A DNA stretch of 64,000 bases. Origin: a virus (lineage: Duplodnaviria; Caudoviricetes). This document shows positions 9,102 through 18,220 of this stretch, one piece after another (position 1 is the first letter of the stretch; every line of letters starts with the position of its first letter). Under the pieces are notes generated by a model. That model did no database searches, had not been told where the DNA came from, and saw nothing but the letters and a program-made list of their open reading frames with translations. A program made the position numbers and the translations under genes. The stretch lies in the IMG/VR virus record IMGVR_UViG_3300013308_000019, positions 31,274-95,273 of that record, one strand, 5' to 3'.

Positions 9102-9698
9102 ATGGAATTTCCTTTTGATACACCACCACCGCCCCCATTCTTAGACGAAGAGCCTAAGGTCAGCAAGTCCCTCAGTGCCGGTAAGACTTCACCGGCAGAG
9201 CAAGGACAAAACATCCCGATGGGATGGAAACCGACAGCCGCCGAACCCGTTGCCGTTGTCCGCTGTACCGGTACCGCTAGCACCACAGGCGAACAGTGCA
9301 AGCGCTGGTCCCTCCGTGGAACCAACGTCTGCTCTAAGCACGGCGGACAGTTGCCGACCGTTAGAGAGCATGCCGAGGCCGTTGTGGAGTCTGCACGCAT
9401 GCGCCTCATGGGAATGGCTGACCAAGCCGTAGACGGACTGGAAGACCTCATTGCGGTAGGCACTGCACCGCAGATCAGGCTTGCCGCTATCAAGGAAGTT
9501 CTGGACCGCTCAGGCGTGAAGGGTGGACCGGACCTGTCCGTAGAGGTTACGCACTCCGTATCATACAAAGACGAAATCTTCAACCGCCTCAAGGAAATCA
9601 AAGAGCGCAAAGAAGCCATGGAGAAAGAGAAAGCCGCCATGCTTGGAGAAGATATTGTCGATGCCGAGGTACTTGACGAACCCGAGGAAACCGAGTAA
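9102..9698 (+). CDS. putative terminase small subunit (C..C..C..HGG zinc-finger type)
   Basis: RCTG..GEQC..VCSKHGG followed by helical RLAAIKEVLDRSG segment; start uncertain (9054 or 9102). Confidence 0.6.
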   Translation: MEFPFDTPPPPPFLDEEPKVSKSLSAGKTSPAEQGQNIPMGWKPTAAEPVAVVRCTGTASTTGEQCKRWSLRGTNVCSKHGGQLPTVREHAEAVVESARMRLMGMADQAVDGLEDLIAVGTAPQIRLAAIKEVLDRSGVKGGPDLSVEVTHSVSYKDEIFNRLKEIKERKEAMEKEKAAMLGEDIVDAEVLDEPEETE

Positions 9699-9707
9699 GC
9701 TGGCCGT

Positions 9708-9914
9708 ATGACAGATAACCCAGCCCCCGATCCACAGTACATCGTCACCGACCGACACATGGCTCCGTCTCTCTCCGAGGAACACGCCAATGAACTCATC
9801 GAGAAGTACGGACACGTCGAGTCCACCGTGAGCATCGACATGGACGACTTCGATCCCACCGCCGAACCCGACGTAAGCATCCGACCTACGTGGCTGGATG
9901 GCAAGGGTTTCTAG
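9708..9914 (+). CDS. hypothetical protein
   Basis: ORF ends at TAG abutting the box. Confidence 0.55.
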   Translation: MTDNPAPDPQYIVTDRHMAPSLSEEHANELIEKYGHVESTVSIDMDDFDPTAEPDVSIRPTWLDGKGF

Positions 9915-9973
9915 TTACAAAAAACGCAACGGCTCCACTTGACGGTGGGGCCGTTTGCATGTAAGCTGTAACC

Positions 9974-10594
9974 ATGAACACATTCAATGAAGGCGACCGA
10001 GTCTCCCATCCCGTCTACGGGAAGGGTATCGTAGACGACCCGTACTCCGGTACCGGCTACGCTACCGTCCTGTTCGAGAACGGTAACAAGGTGATGGCCG
10101 ACACATCCCTGCTGACACCGGTAACCCCTGCCTCACGGTTCAAAGCAGGAGACCAAGTCCATCACGCCCACCACGGCTCCGCTACCGTAATCGCCGTGAA
10201 TGAGGCCCTGAAGCTCGTGACCATCCAGCCGTTCGCATACCGTGCCGGTTGGACGACACAGGTCCATCCGATCAGCTTGACAATGGAGTCGAACGGTGGT
10301 AAGTTCAAGGTAGGCGACCGCGTCTCCCACAAGCTCCACCGTGACGGTACCGTGGAAGAGATTCAGGCCAACGGGTTGCACGTCGTGAACATCGGCGGTA
10401 ACCGTGTCTACATGGCACTGGAACACCAGATCGAGCATGCGGTACCGGAACCGACCTACCACATCTGCATCGAAGAGATTACCGGTGCCGCTCATGTTCC
10501 CGGTAGCCTCACCGCTAAGGAAGTTGCCAACTACATCAACGATGGGGTAGACTGGCGAGTAGCCAAAGAGATCACCATCACCAAGGAAGGCTAA
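9974..10594 (+). CDS. triple SH3/KOW-like repeat protein
   Basis: FNEGDRVSH, FKAGDQVHH, FKVGDRVSH; leaderless from TTGACG 9939/TAAGCT 9962. Confidence 0.8.
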   Translation: MNTFNEGDRVSHPVYGKGIVDDPYSGTGYATVLFENGNKVMADTSLLTPVTPASRFKAGDQVHHAHHGSATVIAVNEALKLVTIQPFAYRAGWTTQVHPISLTMESNGGKFKVGDRVSHKLHRDGTVEEIQANGLHVVNIGGNRVYMALEHQIEHAVPEPTYHICIEEITGAAHVPGSLTAKEVANYINDGVDWRVAKEITITKEG

Positions 10595-10596
10595 CC

Positions 10597-10773
10597 GTGG
10601 AATTCAAAGAAGGCGACACCGTACGGATCACCGTAGAGGGAGACTCCGAGTACGGTAAGGAGCTACCGGTCTTCGGTACATCCGGAGACCATGCCGTGTG
10701 GGTCAACGTAGGGTTCGGCATGATCTGGTGCTACCGCCCCTTCGAACTCGAACTCGTTACAAAAAACGCATAG
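10597..10773 (+). CDS. SH3/KOW-like small protein
   Basis: GTG start, FKEGDTV; reads through box (VTKNA*); not in ORF track. Confidence 0.65.
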   Translation: MEFKEGDTVRITVEGDSEYGKELPVFGTSGDHAVWVNVGFGMIWCYRPFELELVTKNA

Positions 10774-10785
10774 GAAGGTACGGAC

Positions 10786-11049
10786 ATGGAAATCTATGAA
10801 AACCCCCCGAAGCCCGGAGACGAGGTCACACTGCTGGCCTACGTCAACACCGCCATCAACGACTTCGAACTCTCCCCCGGTGATACGGGCACCATCAGCC
10901 GTATCGATGGAGACGACATCTTCGTAGACGTTGTCTATTCCAACGCACACCCCAACTCTCCGTACGGCGGAGAGCATGAGGACTGGTTCACCGTACCGTA
11001 CGACGAGGCCGACGAGTACTTCGCAGGCATCATCCGTATCGAGGAATAG
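10786..11049 (+). CDS. SH3-like small protein
   Basis: PKPGDEV..PGDTGTI. Confidence 0.7.
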   Translation: MEIYENPPKPGDEVTLLAYVNTAINDFELSPGDTGTISRIDGDDIFVDVVYSNAHPNSPYGGEHEDWFTVPYDEADEYFAGIIRIEE

Positions 11050-11077
11050 TTACAAAAACCGCTTAGAAAGGATCAAC

Positions 11078-11461
11078 ATGTTTAACCGAGGCGACCGTGT
11101 TACTCACATCAATCACGGATACGGCCAGATCATCAAGGTCGTGTCCGACACCGAGGTAGAGTGCTTCTTCAAGAACGGTATGGTGGACGGTGGCAGGGGT
11201 AAGCTATGGGCCACCGTACCGAAGTCCTTCCTCAAACCGATGCCGAAGCCCGAGACGGCCCTGTCAAAGATGGTGGAGAAGCTTGACAACAAGCGTCCGG
11301 GTACCAGCGGCTATGTCACGTACCGTGACGAGATCGTGGACATCCTGTCCGAGCTTTCCAAGCTTGTACCGGCCAACGTCTTTCTGGAGAAGTCACCGTT
11401 TGAGAACGAGGTGCAGGTTACCATTAAGGTTTCCTTCACTCTGGAACGGGACCTGCTGTGA
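11078..11461 (+). CDS. SH3-like + C-terminal domain protein
   Basis: AAAGGA RBS; FNRGDRVTH. Confidence 0.7.
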   Translation: MFNRGDRVTHINHGYGQIIKVVSDTEVECFFKNGMVDGGRGKLWATVPKSFLKPMPKPETALSKMVEKLDNKRPGTSGYVTYRDEIVDILSELSKLVPANVFLEKSPFENEVQVTIKVSFTLERDLL

Positions 11462-11649
11462 TCACCTACACCATCGGAGACACCGTGTTCCTGACCTTCA
11501 TGCGGGTACCGGGAACCGTCCTGAAGGTGGCCGACTACGGTCCCGAGGCCTACGGCTACATCGTGGAAATCGCTGACGGACACGGTACCGACCTCTTCCG
11601 TCTGGATGAAGTCGAGGACTACGACGCCGATCTGTGGGAAGGCGAGTAG
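11458..11649 (+). CDS. SH3-like small protein
   Basis: YTIGDTVFLT; paralog of C-terminus of 14105-14605. Confidence 0.7.
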   Translation: MITYTIGDTVFLTFMRVPGTVLKVADYGPEAYGYIVEIADGHGTDLFRLDEVEDYDADLWEGE

Positions 11650-11744
11650 TTACAAAAACCATTTAGCCCGACCGCTTGACAATACCGCTGGCATAGTGTA
11701 GATTCCTCTCATCAAAGTAAGCCAACCGATGAAAGGATTTCAAA

Positions 11745-12176
11745 ATGTCAACTCAATTCCAACCCGCCCCGCCGATGCCGACACACCAACCCCAGCAACC
11801 GAAGCCCAAACGCGGTTGGCTTGCACCGGTACTCGTTGCCGTAGCCCTGATCTTCGGATTCGGGGTGGGAGCAATCAAACCGACACCGGAACCGGTCACC
11901 ATCACCAGAGAGGTACCGGTCGATAAGATCGTCACCAAGGAGGTACCTGTCACACCTCAGGCATGCATCACAGCCCTTGAAGGTGCGGGAGAGATTATTG
12001 ACCTCTCCGGAAAAACGATTGGCGTCATCTCCGACAACGTGTCTGCGGCGGCTAAGCTGGACGTTTCCGCCCTCAGGGCCAACAACGAGAAGGTAGAGGC
12101 CAACACGGAGAAGCTGAAGGGGATCACTCCCGGATACGTCGCGGCCCGAGAGGAATGCCAAGCCAGTGCCGAGTAA
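11745..12176 (+). CDS. membrane-anchored protein
   Basis: single TM; own promoter TTGACA-17-TAGATT. Confidence 0.75.
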   Translation: MSTQFQPAPPMPTHQPQQPKPKRGWLAPVLVAVALIFGFGVGAIKPTPEPVTITREVPVDKIVTKEVPVTPQACITALEGAGEIIDLSGKTIGVISDNVSAAAKLDVSALRANNEKVEANTEKLKGITPGYVAAREECQASAE

Positions 12177-12238
12177 GTTACAAAAAACGCATAGCGGTTA
12201 CGGTTGACGCCGTGGCCGCTTTTGTGTATATTAGGGGT

Positions 12239-12631
12239 ATGGACATCAAGACAACAGCACCGTGGATCAATCCCGACGACGAGTTCACCGACGCACTAGG
12301 TCACCGCCACAAGGCGCTACGGATCGACCGAGTCGAACGAGCGGACGGATACTACGTCTACGTGGAGGGCCAAGGCTACCCCGAGTTCTACCTGCGGGAC
12401 CATGCGGTCACCATCCACGTACCCGACCGTAAGTTCAAACCGGGCGAGTTCGTCACCGCACGGAACGGTAAGGGTGACTGTTACCAGATCGACCGTGTCT
12501 TCACCGACCGGTGGGGCAAGACCTACTACGTGTTCAACAACGGTGCGGTGGATATCCGCAAGCGGAACCGCTCCGGTTGGCACGAGGCCGACCGTGCCGA
12601 CCGAGGTTACAAAAAACTCTCAGATCACTGA
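12239..12631 (+). CDS. two-domain beta-barrel-like protein
   Basis: leaderless ATG after TTGACG 12204/TATATT 12227; FKPGEFV. Confidence 0.7.
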   Translation: MDIKTTAPWINPDDEFTDALGHRHKALRIDRVERADGYYVYVEGQGYPEFYLRDHAVTIHVPDRKFKPGEFVTARNGKGDCYQIDRVFTDRWGKTYYVFNNGAVDIRKRNRSGWHEADRADRGYKKLSDH

Positions 12632-12691
12632 CTTGCACCGACCGCACCGATGCGGTAAGCTTATTTCATCAGCCAAACAACAGGAGGAATC

Positions 12692-12961
12692 ATGAAGCTT
12701 CGTTACACCGAACACCGGACCACCGTCACCCAAGACCACGTCGAGGCCAGCGAGGACTTCACCGGGCCGATGGGGTTCCGGGATGTCATGCAAAAGGAGA
12801 TCGCTATCTGCAAGGACTACGGGTCCTACGAGGCGGCTGAGAAGCTGGCCGAGTGGGGCAACTTCCTCACCGAACACGAAGAGGTACAGGTGGGCGAGAA
12901 GATGGTCCATCACTACGGCACCGGCCTTGATCCCGTAGGAACGTGGGAGATCATCGCGTAG
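12692..12961 (+). CDS. hypothetical protein (cassette)
   Basis: own promoter and AGGAGG RBS; ends at box. Confidence 0.75.
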   Translation: MKLRYTEHRTTVTQDHVEASEDFTGPMGFRDVMQKEIAICKDYGSYEAAEKLAEWGNFLTEHEEVQVGEKMVHHYGTGLDPVGTWEIIA

Positions 12962-13023
12962 CTACAAAAAACGCTTACCGCATCCGAGTTGCACACCGCG
13001 TCCGGATGCGGTAAGCTTTGAAT

Positions 13024-13140
13024 ATGGAAACCACAGAGAACTGCTCCGTATGCGGAGCCGAGACATACACCACCGGAGAGGTCAAGACCTTCCGAGTGTG
13101 CGAGGATAACCCGACGCACGTCTTCTACTCTCACAACTGA
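13024..13140 (+). CDS. 38-aa putative zinc-binding microprotein
   Basis: leaderless ATG after TTGCAC-17-TAAGCT; CSVC..C..H. Confidence 0.55.
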   Translation: METTENCSVCGAETYTTGEVKTFRVCEDNPTHVFYSHN

Positions 13141-13152
13141 AAGGTTCACATC

Positions 13153-13437
13153 ATGTCAAACACCACACCGCAGGAAATGGTCGAAGCGTACGAAGCAATC
13201 TCCGAGTCTGACAACCGGGTCAACGTGGGTCGCGCCGATGCGATCTACCACGTCGGCAAGCTCATGACTGACGAGTGGACACCGGAGTTCGTCTCCGATG
13301 TTCAGGCAGGAATCGTGGACACCGGCCAGTTCGACTACGATCCGCACTACCACTACGGCTACCTCACCGCGTGGAACGCCATGGCCGGTCTACTCAAGGG
13401 CGAACCGCTCAAGTCCATCGCCAAGGAGAACGGCTAG
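13153..13437 (+). CDS. hypothetical protein
   Basis: AAGG RBS. Confidence 0.7.
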   Translation: MSNTTPQEMVEAYEAISESDNRVNVGRADAIYHVGKLMTDEWTPEFVSDVQAGIVDTGQFDYDPHYHYGYLTAWNAMAGLLKGEPLKSIAKENG

Positions 13438-13439
13438 TC

Positions 13440-13622
13440 ATGGTCAAGGTCTTTCACTCTGAGGACGAGGCCCTACAGGGCTACAACGGCAAGCGTGTGA
13501 CCATCCTCCGCAGGTGGCAGGAGGTCTGCAACGGGTTCGTGTCGCACGTTGTAGAGGTCCGATTCGAGGACGGCACGGTGCTTACCTGCTGGCCGTCCGA
13601 GGTAGTTACAAAAACCGCTTAG
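13440..13622 (+). CDS. SH3-like small protein
   Basis: AGGAG RBS; reads through box (VTKTA*). Confidence 0.6.
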   Translation: MVKVFHSEDEALQGYNGKRVTILRRWQEVCNGFVSHVVEVRFEDGTVLTCWPSEVVTKTA

Positions 13623-13693
13623 CTGCGCAGCTTGCATCGGCTGCGCTGCTGCGGTAAGCTGGTAACACAAGCCAACCACGAAGGAGAAACAAA

Positions 13694-14011
13694 ATGGCAA
13701 ATCTCAAGTTCACCCCCCAGTCCCACGAAGACGCTGCTAAGGCTCTCGGATTCCGCGACAGCCTCGTGATCGGCCACAACACCGAACTCCGCCGTCTAGG
13801 GGACGGCTCCATCGTCGCCACGTACCACGGCAACAGCATCGTACGGTACACCACCGAAGGCGTGTTCGCTACGTACGCCGGATGGGCCACGTCCACCACC
13901 ACGAACCGCCTCAACCAGCTTGCACCGGCCCGGTTCAACATCAAGAACCGTCAGCCCCAGATCAACGGCAAGACGCTGGAAGACTGGTCCGAATGGGTGA
14001 AGGTCAGCTAG
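13694..14011 (+). CDS. conserved phage hypothetical protein (HGN..GW.T.TT.NRLN motif)
   Basis: own promoter, AAGGAG RBS, ends at box. Confidence 0.8.
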   Translation: MANLKFTPQSHEDAAKALGFRDSLVIGHNTELRRLGDGSIVATYHGNSIVRYTTEGVFATYAGWATSTTTNRLNQLAPARFNIKNRQPQINGKTLEDWSEWVKVS

Positions 14012-14104
14012 TTACAAAAAACGCTTTGCCCGTTGGACTTGCATGGATGCGGTCCAGCGGGTAGAGTTGTTTTATCAGCTACCGATGAACCGAAAGGGAA
14101 TCCA

Positions 14105-14605
14105 ATGAACTCCATCGCCACCCTCCACAACCACTTCGACATTCAGGTTGACTCGAACCACACGTGGGACGAACCGAACCGCACGGTCCAGATCGAGGTG
14201 TTCCCGCTGGGCATCACCGCCGAGGGTCTGAACGAGACCGATGGGATAACGACGCTGGCCTTTGTGGAAATCCCGAACGGTACCGACGTCTGCGAGGACA
14301 TGTGGTACGACTCCACCGACACCGAGGCTCTCGCCAAGCTCCCGCAGACATGGCAGGATGCCGTGCGGTCTGCCGTGGAGACTGCGAAGGAGACGCAGGG
14401 TCCGCTCGGGCCGATGCGGTACGCATACGGCCAGACCGTCTTCCTGACCGAACACCGCTTCCCCGGTGACGTGGAGGACTTCACCACCGATGGCCGGTAC
14501 GTTGTGGAGATGGCCAACAGCGGCATCCGCGACGTGTTTACCGAGGCCGAGATGGAGCCGTACGACGCCAACCGCTGGGAGGACGGCGAGGACTGGAACG
14601 CCTAG
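14105..14605 (+). CDS. two-domain hypothetical protein
   Basis: AAAGGG RBS; C-terminal SH3-like domain. Confidence 0.75.
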   Translation: MNSIATLHNHFDIQVDSNHTWDEPNRTVQIEVFPLGITAEGLNETDGITTLAFVEIPNGTDVCEDMWYDSTDTEALAKLPQTWQDAVRSAVETAKETQGPLGPMRYAYGQTVFLTEHRFPGDVEDFTTDGRYVVEMANSGIRDVFTEAEMEPYDANRWEDGEDWNA

Positions 14606-14692
14606 TTACAAAAAACGCTTACCGTGTCGAGTTGCCAACCGTGACTCGATGCGGTAAGCTTGTTTTATCAAGCCAACCGAAAGGGGAACACA

Positions 14693-15007
14693 ATGGAAAT
14701 CACCAAGGCCAAGTTCATGGAAGCCGTCTCCCACACCGAGGAAAACCACGACGACATCCGACTCCGGGAGGGCTACTCCGGTCGCGGGATGTACGGCGAG
14801 ACCTGCTACGGCGTCGTCGGTGACGAGACCGCTCTGGCCGAGTTCGAAACCGCTCTCGCCCTGCTTACCGTGATGGATGACCTCGATGATGAGGTGAACG
14901 GCTACACCGCCCTCAACGCCTTGACCGACGTGCAGGACATGCGCCGTGAGGACTCGATGGGGCTGGACCGCATCTACTACTACCCGAGCCTGACGGTCAC
15001 CGAGTAG
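14693..15007 (+). CDS. conserved phage hypothetical protein (YSGRGMYG motif)
   Basis: own promoter/RBS; YSGRGMYG..DSMG..YYP. Confidence 0.8.
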   Translation: MEITKAKFMEAVSHTEENHDDIRLREGYSGRGMYGETCYGVVGDETALAEFETALALLTVMDDLDDEVNGYTALNALTDVQDMRREDSMGLDRIYYYPSLTVTE

Positions 15008-15092
15008 TTACAAGAAACGCTACGGCATCACATTTGACACAACGGATGCGGTGCCGTAAGCTTGTTCTATCAGGCCAACCGAAAGGAACACA

Positions 15093-15254
15093 ATGTCAAC
15101 CGATACCGAGTCACCGTTCACCGTGGTAGGTGCCGCCGAGTATGATGCGGCTACGGATACCCTCACACCGTTGGAGGAACCGAACCGTTGGGAGTCTGCC
15201 GGTAAGCTCACCGCGCCCGAGGGCTACCGCCGAGAGTACCGTGATGCGCTGTGA
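15093..15254 (+). CDS. small hypothetical protein
   Basis: AAAGGA RBS; coupled to next gene; not in ORF track. Confidence 0.55.
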   Translation: MSTDTESPFTVVGAAEYDAATDTLTPLEEPNRWESAGKLTAPEGYRREYRDAL

Positions 15255-15574
15255 ACGAGAAAAAACGGGAGAAGTTCTGGAACGGTGCGACGGAGTACAC
15301 CGGAGGGATACCGAACTACCGGTTCCATGACGAGTGGTACTACCTTGTCACCGATACGGCTTACCGTGTCGTGGACGTATACTCTCTGGATCAGGCGCTG
15401 TACCTGTTCCACAAGATTGTAGAGGATGAAATGTGTGCGGTCTACCTCTACCGTGGCCGGGACCATATGGCGACGTACAACGGCGGACAGTCAGAACCGG
15501 AGTGCGAAATCTACTACTCCGTTACAAAAAGCGCATTGCCGGAATGGCTTGCGGCGCTCTCCAAGATACAGTAG
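15251..15574 (+). CDS. hypothetical protein
   Basis: ORF track; carries box and next promoter in 3' end. Confidence 0.65.
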   Translation: MNEKKREKFWNGATEYTGGIPNYRFHDEWYYLVTDTAYRVVDVYSLDQALYLFHKIVEDEMCAVYLYRGRDHMATYNGGQSEPECEIYYSVTKSALPEWLAALSKIQ

Positions 15575-15583
15575 GATGTAGGC

Positions 15584-15790
15584 ATGAGGACATTCAGCTT
15601 CACCACATACCGTCAGGACGATGCGGGTTACATCTACCGGATCACCGAGACAATCTCGGAGGCCGTATTCCGAGACGGTGGGTACGTGCCGCAACGTGTG
15701 CTATCCACCGTAGAGTCCGAGGTCCGGGATGTTGACACCGACTACCCTGATGCCTTAGACTATCTACAAGAGGTCAACCAACAGTACTAG
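15584..15790 (+). CDS. hypothetical protein
   Basis: leaderless ATG after TTGCGG-17-TAGGAT. Confidence 0.65.
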   Translation: MRTFSFTTYRQDDAGYIYRITETISEAVFRDGGYVPQRVLSTVESEVRDVDTDYPDALDYLQEVNQQY

Positions 15791-15801
15791 AAGGGAACAT
15801 C

Positions 15802-16119
15802 ATGGCACCGAAGAGGACTCAACTGGAGTGGACCGAACTGGCCGTCAAGGGTCTGGAGACCAAGGCAAAAGAGGCCGGGTTGCTGGGCGCAGACGAGCGG
15901 CTTGTCTACACCGCACCAGACAAGAAGAACGGCGTTACGGCTAGCATTGTGGCTTATGACAGCCACGGTGTTGTGGCCCGTCCGCTGTACTGGATCGCGG
16001 AACCGTTGCCGGGAGACACCAACCGGACGGTCGAACGTATCGTCAATGCGCAGGAGCGTATGCTCTACGCCACGCTTCTTCAGTCCAGTTTCGTCAAGGC
16101 AATCGACGCTCAGGACTAG
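15802..16119 (+). CDS. hypothetical protein
   Basis: AAGGG RBS; ends at box. Confidence 0.7.
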   Translation: MAPKRTQLEWTELAVKGLETKAKEAGLLGADERLVYTAPDKKNGVTASIVAYDSHGVVARPLYWIAEPLPGDTNRTVERIVNAQERMLYATLLQSSFVKAIDAQD

Positions 16120-16203
16120 TTACAAAAGACGCTTAGCATCCATCTTGCATCTGATGCGGATGGGTGCTAAGCTGTAGGTATCGGCCAAACGAAAGGGAAG
16201 ACA

Positions 16204-16407
16204 ATGGCAAAGTTCACGGAAGCACCGGCAGACACCCCGTTCAACCGGCGACTGGCGGAGGGTCATCTGAACCGGACAGGCCACAAAATGAATCTGGTGC
16301 AGGTCAGCGACGACGGCATCTTGTGGACCAACGTACGGTTGTGTTGCGGCGAAACCATACCGGAGACCGTGGACACGTGGCAGGAGAAACCTACTCCATC
16401 GTGGTAG
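16204..16407 (+). CDS. hypothetical protein (cassette)
   Basis: own promoter/RBS; ends at box. Confidence 0.75.
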   Translation: MAKFTEAPADTPFNRRLAEGHLNRTGHKMNLVQVSDDGILWTNVRLCCGETIPETVDTWQEKPTPSW

Positions 16408-16492
16408 TTACAAAACACGCTTAGCGTCCGGACTTGCGAGTTCGGACTCTATGCGGTAAGCTTGAGTTATCAGCCAATCGAAAGGGAAGACC

Positions 16493-16708
16493 ATGAAGCA
16501 ATTTCGGCTTTTGACAGTGACCAGCGTAGACCGCAAGAAATTGATCTCCGTTCCCATCGGACAGATCACACTCATCGGGTACGGGCAATACACCGGTACG
16601 GGTCGGTTGATCCTTACCAGCGGTGGGCACGTGGACACCGTCGAACCGTACGAGGATTTGGTCTCCCTGTACGAGGAACTGGCGGAGTACGAGGGACCGA
16701 ACCGGTAG
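16493..16708 (+). CDS. FlbD/SwrD-like small protein
   Basis: ISVPIGQITLI..LILTSGGHVDTVEPYEDL pattern; own promoter. Confidence 0.6.
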   Translation: MKQFRLLTVTSVDRKKLISVPIGQITLIGYGQYTGTGRLILTSGGHVDTVEPYEDLVSLYEELAEYEGPNR

Positions 16709-16769
16709 TTACAAAACACGCATAGCGGCCCTAGTTGACACTGGGGCCGCAGGTGTGTATACTAGAAGT

Positions 16770-16851
16770 AGATGGTAAGCCATTGATATCGGCCCTGTAG
16801 CGGGGTCGGGGGAAAGAGCCATCCTAAACGCGTTTCGGCCTTTTATTTTTT
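16770..16851 (+). ncRNA. candidate small RNA, family 2
   Basis: TTGACA-17-TATACT promoter, no convincing ORF, hairpins, ends GGCCTTTTATTTTTT; similar to 19084-19155. Confidence 0.55.
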
Positions 16852-16897
16852 GGGTCCTCTGGTTTCCCTGCCCCGCGTCTTTGCGGCTCCGCTTCAT
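16845..16897 (-). ncRNA. candidate small RNA, family 1 (ATGAAGC..GGGAAACCAGAGGACCC)
   Basis: leftward TTGCAT promoter; core identical to copies at 25426 and 28307. Confidence 0.55.
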
Positions 16898-17052
16898 AGC
16901 TTCATTCTTTCACAATTTCGATGCGGATGCAAGTCTACAAGAAACGCGTTACAAGAAACGCATTGCGGTTAGAGTTTGCATCCGGTGGCCGTATGCCGTA
17001 GAGTAGAGCTATCGGGAACGACCGGTTCCCCCGAAGCCTTGGAGGTCTCATC

Positions 17053-17676
17053 ATGGGCGCACCCCGTATCGGTAACGTGCTGGACGTTCCGACTAAGCGT
17101 GTATATGCCGCTAACCCTAACTCGGCCCGTATCGTGGACGTGTGGCGGCAGGCTACCGTTTCCGAATTGGTAGAGGGTATGGAGTGGTACCGTGACGCTC
17201 ACGCGCTCGCCGTGGAACTCTCCCCTACTGATCCGGCGCAGGCCGCTGGCGTTATCGCCGCGCTGTCTCCCCTTATGTCATGGGGTCAGAATGTGGTGCT
17301 GGCAGTCCGCGCATATGCGGACGGTAAAGCATCCGGTGCACTCTTTAGCAACGTTGCTAAAGCCAACCGTATCCTCGCCGGTGAGCGTCCGGAGGATGTA
17401 CTGGGCGGCGATAAAGTACGGGCGTTCTACGGTGCTATTGCTGATCCGGCATCGGATGCGGTTGTCGTTGACCGGCACGCGTTCGACATTGCCGTTGGCC
17501 GCGTGACTAACAACGAGTCGCGGCAGGCACTGGGCCGTAAGGGTGTGTACGATTCGTTCGCACGGGCCTACGTACGGGCCGCTAAGGCCATTTCAGCAGA
17601 GACTGGCATGGATGTATCGGCCAGTCAGGTACAGGCCGTTACGTGGACGGTATGGCGTAGGCTCAAGGGTCTGTAG
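17053..17676 (+). CDS. phage protein with HhH-GPD/glycosylase-like motifs
   Basis: WY..AALSP..W..N..KVRAF..VVDRH..QAVTW. Confidence 0.55.
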   Translation: MGAPRIGNVLDVPTKRVYAANPNSARIVDVWRQATVSELVEGMEWYRDAHALAVELSPTDPAQAAGVIAALSPLMSWGQNVVLAVRAYADGKASGALFSNVAKANRILAGERPEDVLGGDKVRAFYGAIADPASDAVVVDRHAFDIAVGRVTNNESRQALGRKGVYDSFARAYVRAAKAISAETGMDVSASQVQAVTWTVWRRLKGL

Positions 17677-17771
17677 TTACAAGAAACGCATAGGCGGCAG
17701 GACTAGACACCCTGCCGCTTATGCCATAGACTTTATTCATCGGAACAATCCGAACCACTTAGGAGGCCAAC

Positions 17772-18131
17772 ATGGCAAGCATCGCAGAAACTCTTCTTAC
17801 CCGCACGGCACGCGACGGCGGCGTTACTGTCTCACTCGTTAGCGGCGACGTGGCCGCGCACACGTCGGGGTTCTACGTCGGCGGACGCGTCAAGGAAACC
17901 ATCGTTTCCGACCCGTCAAGCATCGGGGACTACCTGACTGCCGTCTCCACCATCACCCGCCGTGCCGGTGGCGTAGGCTACGTGGGAGCGTGGAAGAACC
18001 ACGAGACCGGTCTGGTCCACGTGGATGCATCGGATCACGTGGAGGACTTCGGGACCGCCGTACGGATCGCGCAGGAACGCGGCGAACTGGCGATTTGGGA
18101 GATCGCGGGCGGAACTGAATTCCGCCTCTAG
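17772..18131 (+). CDS. hypothetical protein, paralog of 27162-27596
   Basis: GFYVGG..VGAW..D.S..ERGELAIW; AGGAGG RBS. Confidence 0.75.
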   Translation: MASIAETLLTRTARDGGVTVSLVSGDVAAHTSGFYVGGRVKETIVSDPSSIGDYLTAVSTITRRAGGVGYVGAWKNHETGLVHVDASDHVEDFGTAVRIAQERGELAIWEIAGGTEFRL

Positions 18132-18220
18132 TTACAAAAACCGCATAGCGTCTAGGACTTGCGTCTTAGGCGCTATGCGGGTAAGCTAGTCATATCAGCC
18201 AAACCAAACAGGAGGACAAA

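Noticed and set aside
8849-9904. 351-aa minus-strand ORF
   Set aside because: Antisense shadow of well-supported plus-strand genes; Ser-rich with no motifs.
9974-12500. Apparent excess of GTAC/GGTACC words
   Set aside because: Impression only; cannot be separated from Val-Pro/Gly-Thr/Tyr codon usage without k-mer statistics.
16709-16897. Leaderless MK..GNQRT peptide family (also 28242-28340, 25379-25459)
   Set aside because: The fourth copy (27730) keeps the nucleotide core in another frame and the C-termini are unrelated; treated as RNA, though translation is not excluded.
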